Part shown: positions 1-9,293 of the stretch, one piece after another
How the letters are laid out: each line of letters opens with the position of its first letter
Position numbering within the stretch: the stretch's first letter is position 1
From: an uncultured Rhodospirillales bacterium
Lineage (GTDB): Bacteria > Pseudomonadota > Alphaproteobacteria > CAAGCB01 > CAG-977
Length of the DNA: 64,000 bases
NCBI GenBank assembly: GCA_902777205.1
Contig: CACYSU010000001.1
Coordinates: 21,832 to 85,831 of the forward strand
Reading direction: 5' to 3'
Translations under genes and position numbers: made by a program
The notes under the pieces: generated by a model
Seen by the model: only the letters and a program-made list of their open reading frames with translations
Databases searched by the model: none
Told to the model about the DNA's origin: nothing

Positions 1-1415
1 TTTGAAAAATTAGGAGCTGTTATCATTTTTAATTTAGAAAACAAACCTATTTTTGAGAAAGGCATTTCAGTTTTAATTCGTATTAAAAATAAAGCAAACA
101 ACTCTCGTAATGCTTTTCCTAAATCGGAAAATTTATCGTGTGTTTTGTTTAAATTTGATATTCCGGCTTTATTGTTATTTTCACCGATTTTTGCCTGTCC
201 ACATTCTCCATACGGCGGATTGATGTAGATAATCAGCTTTTTTTGTTTTTCAGGATCATTGATAATGTTTTTCAGCTTTGCAGGCAGTTAGTCAAAGCTG
301 TCGTTTAAAAAATCGAATTGAAAAACGTGATTTTTCAACAGGCGTTGATTCTCTTTCATCACGCGCACATCGGAATCATCAAGAGTAGATGCCCAGACAT
401 TTTCGATGTTGGTCAAGCCGTTTTCCATATTTCCAGTTCCGGCGCAACAATCCCAGATATAGTATTCGTCCTGCCAGTTTTCGCCGAATACCCGCGCCAG
501 ATATTCCTGACTTTTTTCCACCCAGATTTGCGGTGTGAAATATGCGCCCTTGCGTTCGCGAATGCCGCTCGGGACAAGCAAATCTTGCCGTTCCAACATA
601 TATTTGCGATACTCTTTTTTCGGCGGCCGTTCGTAGGCGTTCCAAAATTTTTTATGCGCGCTTCCTTTGTCCTTGAAACAGATTTTGTTAAACAGTCCTT
701 TTTCCAGCTGACATTCGTAAGCGTCGTAATTCAGCAGGATTTTCAGCTTGTCCGATATGGTTTTATTTTTTTCGGACAATAAATCCGCCAGATAAAAATC
801 GCGCGGCATAATGCCGTGTTTCAACATTTCGGGCGGAATGGCGATTGACGGCAAAACGTCGCGGCTCCAGCGGTCAAATACCTGCACAAAATTATTTTTT
901 GTGATTTGTATAAAACCGCTGATGCCGGAATAGGACAATAAGTCGTTAAAAGTATGAAATAAATTTCTTTTTACAAACTCTTTAACGGCATCTTTGTCTT
1001 CAAGCCAGCGGAAAGTGATTTCCTTGCCGTCCAAAATCCGTTTGATTTTCGCTGCCGTTTTCGGGGACACAGCGCTGGGGCGTTCGTTCCAGTTGAAATC
1101 GTTTGTTTGAAAAACATCTTGCGCATGATGAAATTCAACAAAAGTGATATCCTGCGCGTCAAAGCATCCGATAAAAATAGGAGGCAACTCGGCTTTATCA
1201 ATACGTGGTTTAATAGTTAAAAATAGCTGTGCCAGCATCAGCCATTTATCATAATTGCCCTTTTTAGATTCCGCCCAATAAAGCGCGTGCCCTTTTTTAT
1301 CCGATACGGCGAAATCCAATCTGTTCTTTTCAACCACGCAATCTTTGAAAAACAAATGCTCGATTTGCGTTTTAACGTCTTCTTCGCTGAACGGCATAAT
1401 CAAATCCCCGATCAA
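1..1415 (-). pseudogene. N6-adenine DNA methyltransferase-domain protein (type IIG RM / BREX PglX-like architecture). The frame is interrupted by an in-frame TAA at 288-290 and the gene continues beyond the window start.
   Basis: The 375-aa ORF 288..1415 ends with motif I (W-D-C-C-A-G-T-G-N-M) preceded by Y-F-T-P, which is typical of gamma-class N6-adenine MTases. Directly after the TAA the same frame continues through bases 287..1 as LPAKLKNIINDPEKQKKLIIYINPPYGE..., carrying catalytic motif IV (NPPY) about 75 aa after motif I. I hand-translated this. An N-terminal region of about 290 aa precedes the MTase domain. AT-rich. Confidence 0.55.
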
Positions 1416-1811
1416 AAAATAAACACCGCCTTTTCAGGCGGCTCGGGGAGTTCAGAAATCATACTTGAGAATGATCGTTTGACCTTTAAAGCTGTCCGCG
1501 GGACGACCTCTGAACATACGTCAAAAACTCCCCGATTTTGAAAAATCAAATTTTTTCGGGGAATGGGTATTTATAACCGTTTGAACTTAAATAAAAAATC
1601 CTGTCTTATTTGTTTTTTGACTTTTTAGAAACCGTTTTCAAGGTAACGTCCCGGTAACAATCCCGAAGCGTGTTTTATCCTTTGAAAGCAACCTCTGAAA
1701 AACGAAAACCTTTTCCGGTTCCCGCTTCGTTAAAGATGATACGTCTTTTTACCGCGAAAAGCAATTTGAGAAAAATCTTTATCCCGTTTTTAATCGTTTT
1801 CGCCCGGCATC

Positions 1812-1862
1812 AATTAAAATCAATCAAAATCAAAAAATCGATAAAAATCAACAAGTTGATTT
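1812..1862. repeat. Phased direct repeats of AAAATCA(A) (4 copies, about 10-bp period) ending in the inverted repeat ATCAAC-AAG-GTTGAT, 25-75 bp upstream of ORF 1888. Putative regulator-binding or promoter array.
   Basis: Read directly from the sequence: caattaaaatcaatcaaaatcaaaaaatcgataaaaatcaacaagttgatttc. Confidence 0.4.
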
Positions 1863-1887
1863 CATTAAACAGCCTTGTTATCCTTTC

Positions 1888-2916
1888 TTGAGAAAGAATA
1901 AGAGGGAAACGATGGCGACAGGATTTGAAGAAATAGAAATACCGATAAAGCCGACCTGCACTTTGCGGGAAGCGTGCGAATGGGTGGCGTTCGGTTATCC
2001 GCCGACCGATGAGGAATTCAAGAACGTTTACCGCGACGCCTATCCGTATCAAAAAAAGCTTTTACGGGCGGCGAAAGACAAATTAAAAGTGCTGATTAAA
2101 ACGCAAAAAGTCGCCATAACCGGGCGTTACGCTTTCTTTTTCGGAGCGGACACGCTGACGATGTGGCTCTTCACGCGCTGTTTGATGGTGTTGCTCTGCT
2201 TCCTGATCGGCTTGACGCGGTTGCTTCACCCAAGAACGAAGCTTCCGGTCAGGTTTTTATATTACCGGTGGTTGGAAAATCTTCAGGCGTTTCATTTCAA
2301 CGGCGTCTGCCGGAAAGTGTATCACTTCAAAGCACGGTATTGCCACAAAGCGGGACGTTTCGATTTCGAGTGTTCCGATCCCGCCGCCGAGTTTGAGGAA
2401 GGCGATATTCCGGTTCCCGATTGGCAAACTTTGCGATTAAAGCGATACCGCAAAGTGTTCGGCAAGGAAACTTCCGTCGAAGACGCGCGTTATCCGGTCA
2501 TCACTTACGGAACGATGGGCGCGATCGCCGATTTCAAGCTGGATTTGAAGCGCAACAGAGTATCGCGCTTTTTACGGGGCTTTGCGGAAATAGAGGTCGA
2601 TACGAAAGAGCTGATGCGCGTTTGTCCGCCCGTGAATCCGCCGTTGTTCAAATACGAGGAGGCAAAACCGGCGGAAAAGAGATCCGTCTTGCCGCCGTTG
2701 CTTGCCCTTGTCGCCGAAGTGATAGAGGAAAACGGCTACACCGCCGACAACATTCCGGAAAACAAAGTCGTCGAACGGGCTTTGATTCAAAAAGCGAAAG
2801 AAAAAGGATTTGAGTTCGCTTCCGAAAATCAGATACAGGAAGCGGCGCGACTGGCGAACGGATGGGGGCTTCAAACGGTCGGACGGCGCGGCAAAGGCAG
2901 ACCCGCCAAACGATAA
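1888..2916 (+). CDS. Hypothetical protein. C-terminus has an AT-hook-like GRRGKGRPAKR.
   Basis: 342-aa ORF with an alternative ATG at 1912. I recognise no family. The C-terminal GRP-type basic tail suggests DNA binding. Low-GC island context. Confidence 0.4.
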   Translation: MRKNKRETMATGFEEIEIPIKPTCTLREACEWVAFGYPPTDEEFKNVYRDAYPYQKKLLRAAKDKLKVLIKTQKVAITGRYAFFFGADTLTMWLFTRCLMVLLCFLIGLTRLLHPRTKLPVRFLYYRWLENLQAFHFNGVCRKVYHFKARYCHKAGRFDFECSDPAAEFEEGDIPVPDWQTLRLKRYRKVFGKETSVEDARYPVITYGTMGAIADFKLDLKRNRVSRFLRGFAEIEVDTKELMRVCPPVNPPLFKYEEAKPAEKRSVLPPLLALVAEVIEENGYTADNIPENKVVERALIQKAKEKGFEFASENQIQEAARLANGWGLQTVGRRGKGRPAKR

Positions 2917-3038
2917 CGCTTGACAAACGGCTGGGATAACCTTATATTTTCTTTCAGATAGAGAGGCTATATACTACATTAAGCTTTTTTAAGCAGGATT
3001 TCGGTCTGATTGTAGTTGACGCCTCTTTTCTGTTGCCT

Positions 3039-3710
3039 TTACAAAAATCCCAACCGGCGTCCTTTGGTGTATTCCTCGTTAAAGCGGTCGATTTCCTTTA
3101 TTTGTTTCAGAACCGAGTTAGCGTTCATATCGCGAATCAGCTTGTAAATCATATTGTGGATTCTCGCCGGTTCGTTCAAAGCATCCGTTACCGTTATCAA
3201 AGAACCGTAATGAAACACCTTGTTCCTATACATACGTATTCTGTTGACACGTTCGTAAACGCGCCCCGAAACAAGCGTTTCCTTCGTGCAGTCGAAGATT
3301 TCCTTCAACAAGGTCGGATGCTTGCTCCATAACGCTTTCTTGTAGGCGGAGGAAAAAAGATAAGCCCAAAATCCGAAAGTCAGTTCCGAAATGAGATGAT
3401 CTTTATTATTCGGGTCTTTTTGCGCTTCCGCCGAAAGCCGCTTTCTGATTTTTTGAAAAGTGTCCGCGTTTTCACGGCAAACGGCATCGATCCGCTTTTC
3501 CGAAACGGTTTCATCACCGATGAATTTCGTCGGAACCAATGACGCCATACCGAACCGCGCCATCGAACGGATATAATAAGCGGTCGCGTCCGACGGATTT
3601 TTCGCCAGCAAATCATCACATTTTACGACCGCCTTTTCATAATCGGCATAGCTTTTCCGCAAAAACAAAAAAGGCAAATCATCTTGTGTTTTATCGACTG
3701 CTTCCCGCAT
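3039..3710 (-). CDS. Abi_2/HEPN-like abortive-infection family protein (candidate).
   Basis: 223-aa ORF. The C-terminal R-N-K-V-F-H fits the HEPN R-x(4-6)-H motif in an Abi_2-like context (AbiD/AbiF-type). AT-rich, next to the MTase island. The family call is from memory of the motif and was not searched. Confidence 0.45.
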   Translation of the reverse strand: MREAVDKTQDDLPFLFLRKSYADYEKAVVKCDDLLAKNPSDATAYYIRSMARFGMASLVPTKFIGDETVSEKRIDAVCRENADTFQKIRKRLSAEAQKDPNNKDHLISELTFGFWAYLFSSAYKKALWSKHPTLLKEIFDCTKETLVSGRVYERVNRIRMYRNKVFHYGSLITVTDALNEPARIHNMIYKLIRDMNANSVLKQIKEIDRFNEEYTKGRRLGFL

Positions 3711-3819
3711 ATCATCCCTTTCGCTATTTTTTTAATTAAATTCTTCAAATAAGTCTTGAAGTCCTTTTTAAACAGAGTAGAATATAACGCCGTTATCGTC
3801 TTTTTGAAAAGGCATTTTT

Positions 3820-5061
3820 ATGGACACGACTTTTCCGGCTCCCGAACAGCCGATGACGGAAGAAACGCAAGAATCTTCCGAAGAACCTCCGTCTTCCCCT
3901 CTTCCCCACAACCATTCGGAACACGTTATCTCCGACAGATCCCGCCGTTTTCTGCACACTTATTTTCCGCAGACCACCGAAGCCCAATGGAACGACTGGC
4001 GTTGGCAGATCCGCAACAGATTCCGCAAAAAAGCCGACATCGAACGGGTCCTGCATCTGACCGACAGCGAAGCCCGCGCGCTTGAACACGGAAAGAAAGG
4101 CTTTCCCGTCGCGATCACGCCCTACTATATGAGTTTGCTTGATCCCGACGATCCGACACAGCCGTTGCGCCGTTGCGTCATTCCCGTTTCCGACGAATAC
4201 GATATCTCGCCCGAAGAAAAAGTCGATCCGCTGAGCGAAGACCGCGACAGTCCCGTCAAAGGATTGGTTCACCGCTATCCGAACCGCGTCTTGTTCCTGT
4301 CGACCGATTTTTGCAGTACGGCGTGCCGTTATTGCACCCGTTCCCGTCTGATCGGCGCGACGCATCACGAATGCAAACACGATTACTGGGAGCAGGCAAT
4401 CCAATACATCGCCGAACACGAGGAAGTGCAGGACGTCGTCGTATCGGGCGGCGATCCGCTGACTTTGCCGACGGAAACGCTTGAAAAACTGTTAGCCCGT
4501 CTGCGCGCGATCCCGCACGTTTCGATCATCCGGCTCGGGACGAAGACGACAGCCGTTCTGCCCCAGCGCATCACGACGCGTCTGGTCCATATGGTCGCCA
4601 AGTATCATCCCGTCTTTGTCAGTATCCACGCGACCCATCCCGACGAACTGACGCCGGAGATGAAAGCCGCTTGCGAACGGCTGGCCGATGCCGGTATGCC
4701 GATCGGCTCCCAGACCGTTTTGCTCAAAGGCGTCAACGACGATCCGGAAACGATGCGCAAGCTGATGATGGGCTTGCTCTCTTTCCGCGTCAAACCGTAT
4801 TACATTTATCAATGCGACCCCGTCCCCGGATCCCGTCATTTCAGAACGCCCGTTCAGACGGGACTGGACATCATCAAGCATCTGCGCGGCTTCATTTCCG
4901 GATACGCTGTGCCGCACTATGTGATCGACGCTCCGAACGGCGGCGGCAAAGTACCGTTGCTGCCAAACTACGTTGACGGCATCGACGGCGAAAATCTGCG
5001 TCTGCACAATTACGCAGACAAGTCTTACGTTTATCCGGATGTTTTCCGCGAAGGGGTTTAA
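3820..5061 (+). CDS. kamA: Lysine 2,3-aminomutase (radical SAM, KamA type).
   Basis: 413 aa. Contains the C-R-Y-C-T-R radical-SAM CxxxCxxC cluster and the KamA-family hallmarks (AITPYYMSL, GGDPL, DxPNGGGK). Length matches true KamA rather than the shorter EpmB. Confidence 0.85.
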   Translation: MDTTFPAPEQPMTEETQESSEEPPSSPLPHNHSEHVISDRSRRFLHTYFPQTTEAQWNDWRWQIRNRFRKKADIERVLHLTDSEARALEHGKKGFPVAITPYYMSLLDPDDPTQPLRRCVIPVSDEYDISPEEKVDPLSEDRDSPVKGLVHRYPNRVLFLSTDFCSTACRYCTRSRLIGATHHECKHDYWEQAIQYIAEHEEVQDVVVSGGDPLTLPTETLEKLLARLRAIPHVSIIRLGTKTTAVLPQRITTRLVHMVAKYHPVFVSIHATHPDELTPEMKAACERLADAGMPIGSQTVLLKGVNDDPETMRKLMMGLLSFRVKPYYIYQCDPVPGSRHFRTPVQTGLDIIKHLRGFISGYAVPHYVIDAPNGGGKVPLLPNYVDGIDGENLRLHNYADKSYVYPDVFREGV

Positions 5062-5062
5062 A

Positions 5063-6034
5063 ATGCGCATAGGAATCACTTACGACCTGAAAAGCGATTA
5101 TTTAAAGGAAGGCTTTTCAACGGAACAAGTCGCCGAATTCGACTGCGAGGAAACGATCGACGCGATCGAAAACGCCATCAGAAACGAAGGCCACACGCCC
5201 GACAAAATCGGCAACGTCAAAGCGCTGGTGAAGCGCCTGGCCGCCGGCGACCGCTGGGATTTGGTCTTTAACATCGCGGAAGGCATCGACGGTATGGGAC
5301 GCGAGGCGGAAGTCCCCGCTTTATTGGAAGCGTATCACATTCCCTCCACTTTTTCGGGGGCGGATCTGATGGCTCTGACGCTGAACAAGGCGATGACCGA
5401 CGCGGTCGTTCGGTCTTACGGCGTGCCGGCGTGCGAATTCTTCTTGGTCAAAGAAGCGGCGGATATCGATGATATGCCGCTGTCCTATCCCGTGTTTGCC
5501 AAACCCGTCGCCGAAGGAACCAGCAAAGGCATTTCGGCGAAATCCTGCGTCCATAACAAAGCCGAATTAAAAGACGTCTGCACCGATTTGTTGGAACGTT
5601 TTCACGAACCCGTTCTGGTCGAAACATATCTGTCCGGACGGGAATTCACCGTCGGCCTGATCGGCAGCGGCAAGAACGCCCGCGTCATCGGTGTTGCGGA
5701 AATCGTTCTGGGCGAAAAAGCGGAACAGGAAGCGTACACCTACGAAAACAAACAGAAATACGAAGACCGCGTCAGATACGTTCTGGTTGACGAACCGAAA
5801 GTCGCCGAAACGGCGTTGAAAGCGTGGGAAGCTTTGGACTGTCTGGATGCGGGACGCATCGACGTCCGGCTGGACGCACAGGGCACGCCGCGCTTTATCG
5901 AAGTCAATCCTTTGGCGGGATTGAATCCGACTTATTCCGATTTGCCGATTTTATGTAAAATGGCAGGAATGGATTACCAGACGTTGATCGGGGAAATTCT
6001 GAAATCCGCGATTCACAGAGTCAAAAACAGTTAG
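5063..6034 (+). CDS. ATP-grasp enzyme, D-alanine--D-alanine ligase family (function unknown).
   Basis: ATG at 5063 lies one nt after the kamA stop, giving MRIGITYDLKSDY.... Ddl-like N-domain and ATP-grasp core (GREFTVGLIG, EVNPLAGL). Confidence 0.75.
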   Translation: MRIGITYDLKSDYLKEGFSTEQVAEFDCEETIDAIENAIRNEGHTPDKIGNVKALVKRLAAGDRWDLVFNIAEGIDGMGREAEVPALLEAYHIPSTFSGADLMALTLNKAMTDAVVRSYGVPACEFFLVKEAADIDDMPLSYPVFAKPVAEGTSKGISAKSCVHNKAELKDVCTDLLERFHEPVLVETYLSGREFTVGLIGSGKNARVIGVAEIVLGEKAEQEAYTYENKQKYEDRVRYVLVDEPKVAETALKAWEALDCLDAGRIDVRLDAQGTPRFIEVNPLAGLNPTYSDLPILCKMAGMDYQTLIGEILKSAIHRVKNS

Positions 6035-6531
6035 AAATCCATCGTGTAAATCAGGCAATCGTCCCCTGCCGCATAGTAGTTTTTCAGGCGCGCTTCTTCC
6101 TTAAAACCGCACGATTGATAAAATTTTTGCGTCGGCAGATACTGTTCCCGTCCGGCCGTCTGTAAAACAAGCTTTGTCGCCCCGAAACCTTTCACCAGAC
6201 GGACGACCTCCTTCATCAGCTGTTTGCCAAGCCCTTGTCCGCGGCAATTGTTATGCACGGCAATCCAGTAAATTTCAAAGCTTGACACCGTGCAGGGCAC
6301 GCGCGCGAAACAGGCGTAGCCAAGCGTTTTGTCCCCGTCATCCAAGAAAACAAAGTCGTAGTTTTCCGGTGAATTGTCGTCCGCCAACGCTTTTTCGGCC
6401 AATTCGATCGCGACGTCGATTTCATCCGGCGCTTCCTCAAAAAATCCCGTCGAAGAAAGAATTTCGCGAACAGCGTCCACATCCCGCGGAAAAATCTCAT
6501 TTCGAAAAAGCATTGGCGACGATCCTTTCAA
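6031..6531 (-). CDS. GNAT family N-acetyltransferase.
   Basis: 166 aa. Acetyl-CoA binding motif R-G-Q-G-L-G-K-Q-L. Overlaps the stops of both flanking ATP-grasp genes. Confidence 0.75.
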   Translation of the reverse strand: MKGSSPMLFRNEIFPRDVDAVREILSSTGFFEEAPDEIDVAIELAEKALADDNSPENYDFVFLDDGDKTLGYACFARVPCTVSSFEIYWIAVHNNCRGQGLGKQLMKEVVRLVKGFGATKLVLQTAGREQYLPTQKFYQSCGFKEEARLKNYYAAGDDCLIYTMDF

Positions 6532-7429
6532 TGACTTCTTTATCGCTCAATCCGGCTTCGTGCGCCATCGCGATAAAACCGGAATCCGGCGCGATACAGG
6601 GATTCGTGTTCAAATCAATGATGAACAGTACCCCTTTGGCGTTCATCCTGAAATCGATCCGCGTGTAGCCGCGCAAATCCAGAACGTCTTTGCATTTCAA
6701 AGCGACGGCGGAAAGCCTTTCCCTGACTTCGTTTTCGACGTCAAACGACCGGCGGCTGAGTTGATAAGCGTCGCAGTCCTCGTTCCATTTCGCTTCATAC
6801 GTCAGAATCTTATGCCCTTTGAAATCGGGGGAAAAGCACATCTCCGCCGGCGGCAGAATCTCATCGCCCAACAAAGCGACGTTAAATTCCCGCCCGTCGA
6901 TATATTCTTCGGCGATCCACGCCAGACCGGTTTCCCGCTCTTTTTGTTTCAACGCACTCCGCAATTCGTCTTCGGACGCCGGAGAAACGACACAGGTATC
7001 GTCCAAATGCGCGGAAGCGTGTTCCGTTTTCGCTTTCAGCAAATAGCTTGCCCCCGCCCGATAAACCGAAGACGGCGCGGGCAATCCGTTTTGCAAAAAC
7101 AGCCGCTTTGCCAAATCCTTGTCCGCGCTGACCAGATGCGCGAACGTCCTGTTTCCCGTATACGGCAGACGCAATATGTCCAACAGCTGCGGCGCGAAAA
7201 CCGCCAATCCGCCCTGAGAACAAACGGATTCCGTCAGGTTGAAAACGACATCGGGGGCATACCGTTGAAGCGTGCCGATCGTCTTTTCCAAATCGGCGTA
7301 AAACGGGATTTGCCGGACTTCGTTTCCGTCGAATAAAACGCTTTCGATAAATCCGGCCTCCGTCAACGTATCCATAGCGTCCGGTGAAGACGGGTTTATC
7401 AGGTCATCTCTTAAAACGGCGATTTTCAT
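6497..7429 (-). CDS. ATP-grasp enzyme, D-alanine--D-alanine ligase-like (second copy).
   Basis: Start taken at ATG 7429 (MKIAVLRDD...), preceded by GGCGG. Ddl-like architecture (EEYIDGREFNVALLG, IIDLNTNP). Confidence 0.75.
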   Translation of the reverse strand: MKIAVLRDDLINPSSPDAMDTLTEAGFIESVLFDGNEVRQIPFYADLEKTIGTLQRYAPDVVFNLTESVCSQGGLAVFAPQLLDILRLPYTGNRTFAHLVSADKDLAKRLFLQNGLPAPSSVYRAGASYLLKAKTEHASAHLDDTCVVSPASEDELRSALKQKERETGLAWIAEEYIDGREFNVALLGDEILPPAEMCFSPDFKGHKILTYEAKWNEDCDAYQLSRRSFDVENEVRERLSAVALKCKDVLDLRGYTRIDFRMNAKGVLFIIDLNTNPCIAPDSGFIAMAHEAGLSDKEVIERIVANAFSK

Positions 7430-7451
7430 TTTTCCGCCCCGTAAATGCAAA

Positions 7452-7480
7452 AAACGACCGCGACGGCCGTTTTTTTTAAA
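7452..7480 (-). terminator. Putative intrinsic terminator downstream of tRNA-Arg.
   Basis: GC-rich hairpin acgaccg-cga-cggccgt with one mismatch. It is flanked by A6 on one side and T7 on the other, so it could act in both directions. Confidence 0.4.
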
Positions 7481-7484
7481 GAAT

Positions 7485-7560
7485 GGTGCGCCCGGCGGGA
7501 TTCGAAACCACGACCCTCGGCTTCGGAGGCCGATACTCTATCCAGCTGAGCTACGGGCGC
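7485..7560 (-). tRNA. tRNA-Arg (anticodon CCG).
   Basis: The reverse complement is GCGCCCGTAGCTCAGCTGGATAGAGTATCGGCCTCCGAAGCCGAGGGTCGTGGTTTCGAATCCCGCCGGGCGCACCA. Full cloverleaf, anticodon loop CUCCGAA, CCA encoded. Confidence 0.9.
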
Positions 7561-7670
7561 GTCTGTAAAGCACACAATACCCGATTTGATAAAAAAAACA
7601 ATTAAAATTTAAAGCGTGCATAAATTACTTGACTAAGCCCTTAAAAACAGATTACTTATCTTATTGTCGT

Positions 7671-7744
7671 TGGGGCGTAGCCAAGCGGTAAGGCAACGGA
7701 CTTTGACTCAGTTAGTCTTGGTTCGAGTCCAGGTTCCCCAGCCA
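7671..7744 (+). tRNA. tRNA-Gln (anticodon UUG). Two mismatches, both on the 3' side of stems.
   Basis: TGGGGCGTAGCCAAGCGGTAAGGCAACGGACTTTGACTCAGTTAGTCTTGGTTCGAGTCCAGGTTCCCCAGCCA. It resembles E. coli tRNA-Gln (3-bp D stem, UUCGA T-loop, G73, CCA). G29 is opposite A41 and C6 is opposite U67. Confidence 0.75.
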
Positions 7745-8132
7745 ATCACAAGCCCTTGATTTTCAAGGGATTTTTTGTTTTCCGGCAGACAATTTACAAA
7801 GCCTTCGGGAAAACTCCGGTCAACCGACGGTCAACCCCGACACCGTTCAAATGTCATCAATCTTCCTCATTCATCATCAGTCAAAAGCGTAAAAAACGCA
7901 ATCCGTATTTTCTTTTTTTTCCGTCCGGTAATGATAATCAATCACAATCATACACGGGGGATATTGCAAACAAGGCGTTGATATGCTTAGATTGATAACA
8001 GCTTTTTAGCACAGACCGGTATTTACCGAGCCTGCACACAATTCAATCGAAACCGACATCATTTATTTGATGAAGGACGTGTGCGCCGGTGTTTCTGTGT
8101 GTTCAAGCCTTCGTCAAAGAAAGGAGGAACAC

Positions 8133-8357
8133 ATGGAACGAACCTGTAGAGAAGCCTGCAACATATCCCCCGCCGGATTGATGACACCGCGTGACGCCGC
8201 CGTTTACATCGGCGTCAAGATCAACACGCTTGCCGTCTGGCGTATGACGAACAAATACGGCTTGCCGTTTGTCAAATTGGGAAAAGTCGTCCGATACCGC
8301 AAAACCGATTTGGACGAGTGGATCAACAAAAACGTATCAACAGACAGGGCGGAGTAA
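8133..8357 (+). CDS. AlpA-family phage/ICE transcriptional regulator-excisionase (HTH).
   Basis: ATG 8133 is preceded by AAGGAGG. The sequence RDAAVYIGVKINTLAVWRMTNKYGLPFVKLGKVVRYRKTDLDEWI fits the AlpA/Xis HTH pattern. Confidence 0.7.
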   Translation: MERTCREACNISPAGLMTPRDAAVYIGVKINTLAVWRMTNKYGLPFVKLGKVVRYRKTDLDEWINKNVSTDRAE

Positions 8358-8371
8358 TCCGCCCTGTTTTA
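8346..8371 (+). terminator. Intrinsic terminator overlapping the AlpA stop.
   Basis: Perfect inverted repeat CAGGGCGGA-gtaa-TCCGCCCTG followed by TTTT. Confidence 0.5.
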
Positions 8372-8501
8372 GTAATTTTTTATTTTTCAATCAAACGACG
8401 ATATGGCAGGGGAGTATAACAGGCATAGGCAGAATGACGGTTTATCCGCCAATCAGGAGAGTATTTGAGTTAAGTCCCCATTCATAAATATTTTTGCAGA
8501 A

Positions 8502-9293
8502 TCACAGTTTTTGCAGATACGGAATCAATGTTTCGTGTGATAACAATTTAACATCAGCCGCATTTGCCAGTTTTCTCGCGGAATCGGTATAATCTTGATT
8601 GGAAACGACGCACGCATAATCGCAATTATAAAATTTCTGTCCCGCGATGACTTCCTGAACTGCGGAATTTCCGATAAGACTTGAATAGAATTTACACTGT
8701 ATCGCGATATGAGTCCGGTCTTTTCTGACAATTAAATCAACACCCTGATCACCCGTTTTCGGTGTCATTCCACATTCAAAACCGGCTGATACGCAAAGTT
8801 CACGAACAAACCGTTCATAATCTTCGCCTGTTTGAATATTCGATACATTAAAATCAATTTCCGCAACTTCTTTTGCTTTTTCAAAGCAACGGAAGAAAAA
8901 CTCTTGCGGCATATTCTTATTTTCTCTCAAAACTTTTCTAACAAAATACTTTAAATCTTCATCAAACTGTTCTTCGTTGAAAGTTTCAATTCCATATTCA
9001 TCAACAACATTTGCTCTATTAAACTTCGTTTTCAAAACAGCATAATGTTTTACCATTTCAGAAATTACATATTTTTCGAACTCATCAAATTCCTTTTCTG
9101 CAACTTCTTTTGCTTGTTCAAAGCAATGAAAGAAAAACGCTTGTGGCATATTTTTATTTTCTTTCAAAACGTTTCTAACAAAATACTTTAAATCTTCATC
9201 AAACTGTTCTTCATTAAAAGTTTCAATTCCATATTCATCAACCACTTTCGCTCTACTGAACTTTGTTCTCAAAACAGCATAATGTTTTACCAT
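8502..9293 (-). CDS. Mrr-catalytic-domain (PD-(D/E)xK) restriction-endonuclease-like protein with a duplicated N-terminal 79-aa module.
   Basis: The C-terminal region (GDQGVDLIVRKD...IAIQCKFY...) fits the Mrr_cat D...(D/E)xK pattern. N-terminal residues 1-79 and 80-158 are about 85% identical. Confidence 0.65.
   Translation of the reverse strand: MVKHYAVLRTKFSRAKVVDEYGIETFNEEQFDEDLKYFVRNVLKENKNMPQAFFFHCFEQAKEVAEKEFDEFEKYVISEMVKHYAVLKTKFNRANVVDEYGIETFNEEQFDEDLKYFVRKVLRENKNMPQEFFFRCFEKAKEVAEIDFNVSNIQTGEDYERFVRELCVSAGFECGMTPKTGDQGVDLIVRKDRTHIAIQCKFYSSLIGNSAVQEVIAGQKFYNCDYACVVSNQDYTDSARKLANAADVKLLSHETLIPYLQKL

Noticed and set aside
288-290. In-frame TAA in the MTase gene read as programmed recoding.
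   Set aside because: TAA is not a known recoding codon and there is no downstream signal. Pseudogenisation or a sequencing error is more economical. I kept it as a finding but not as a recoding claim.
7745-8066. Possible small ORFs (7756..7995, 7775..7981) between tRNA-Gln and alpA.
   Set aside because: They overlap each other in different frames and are low-complexity. This region is more likely the att/promoter region of the island.
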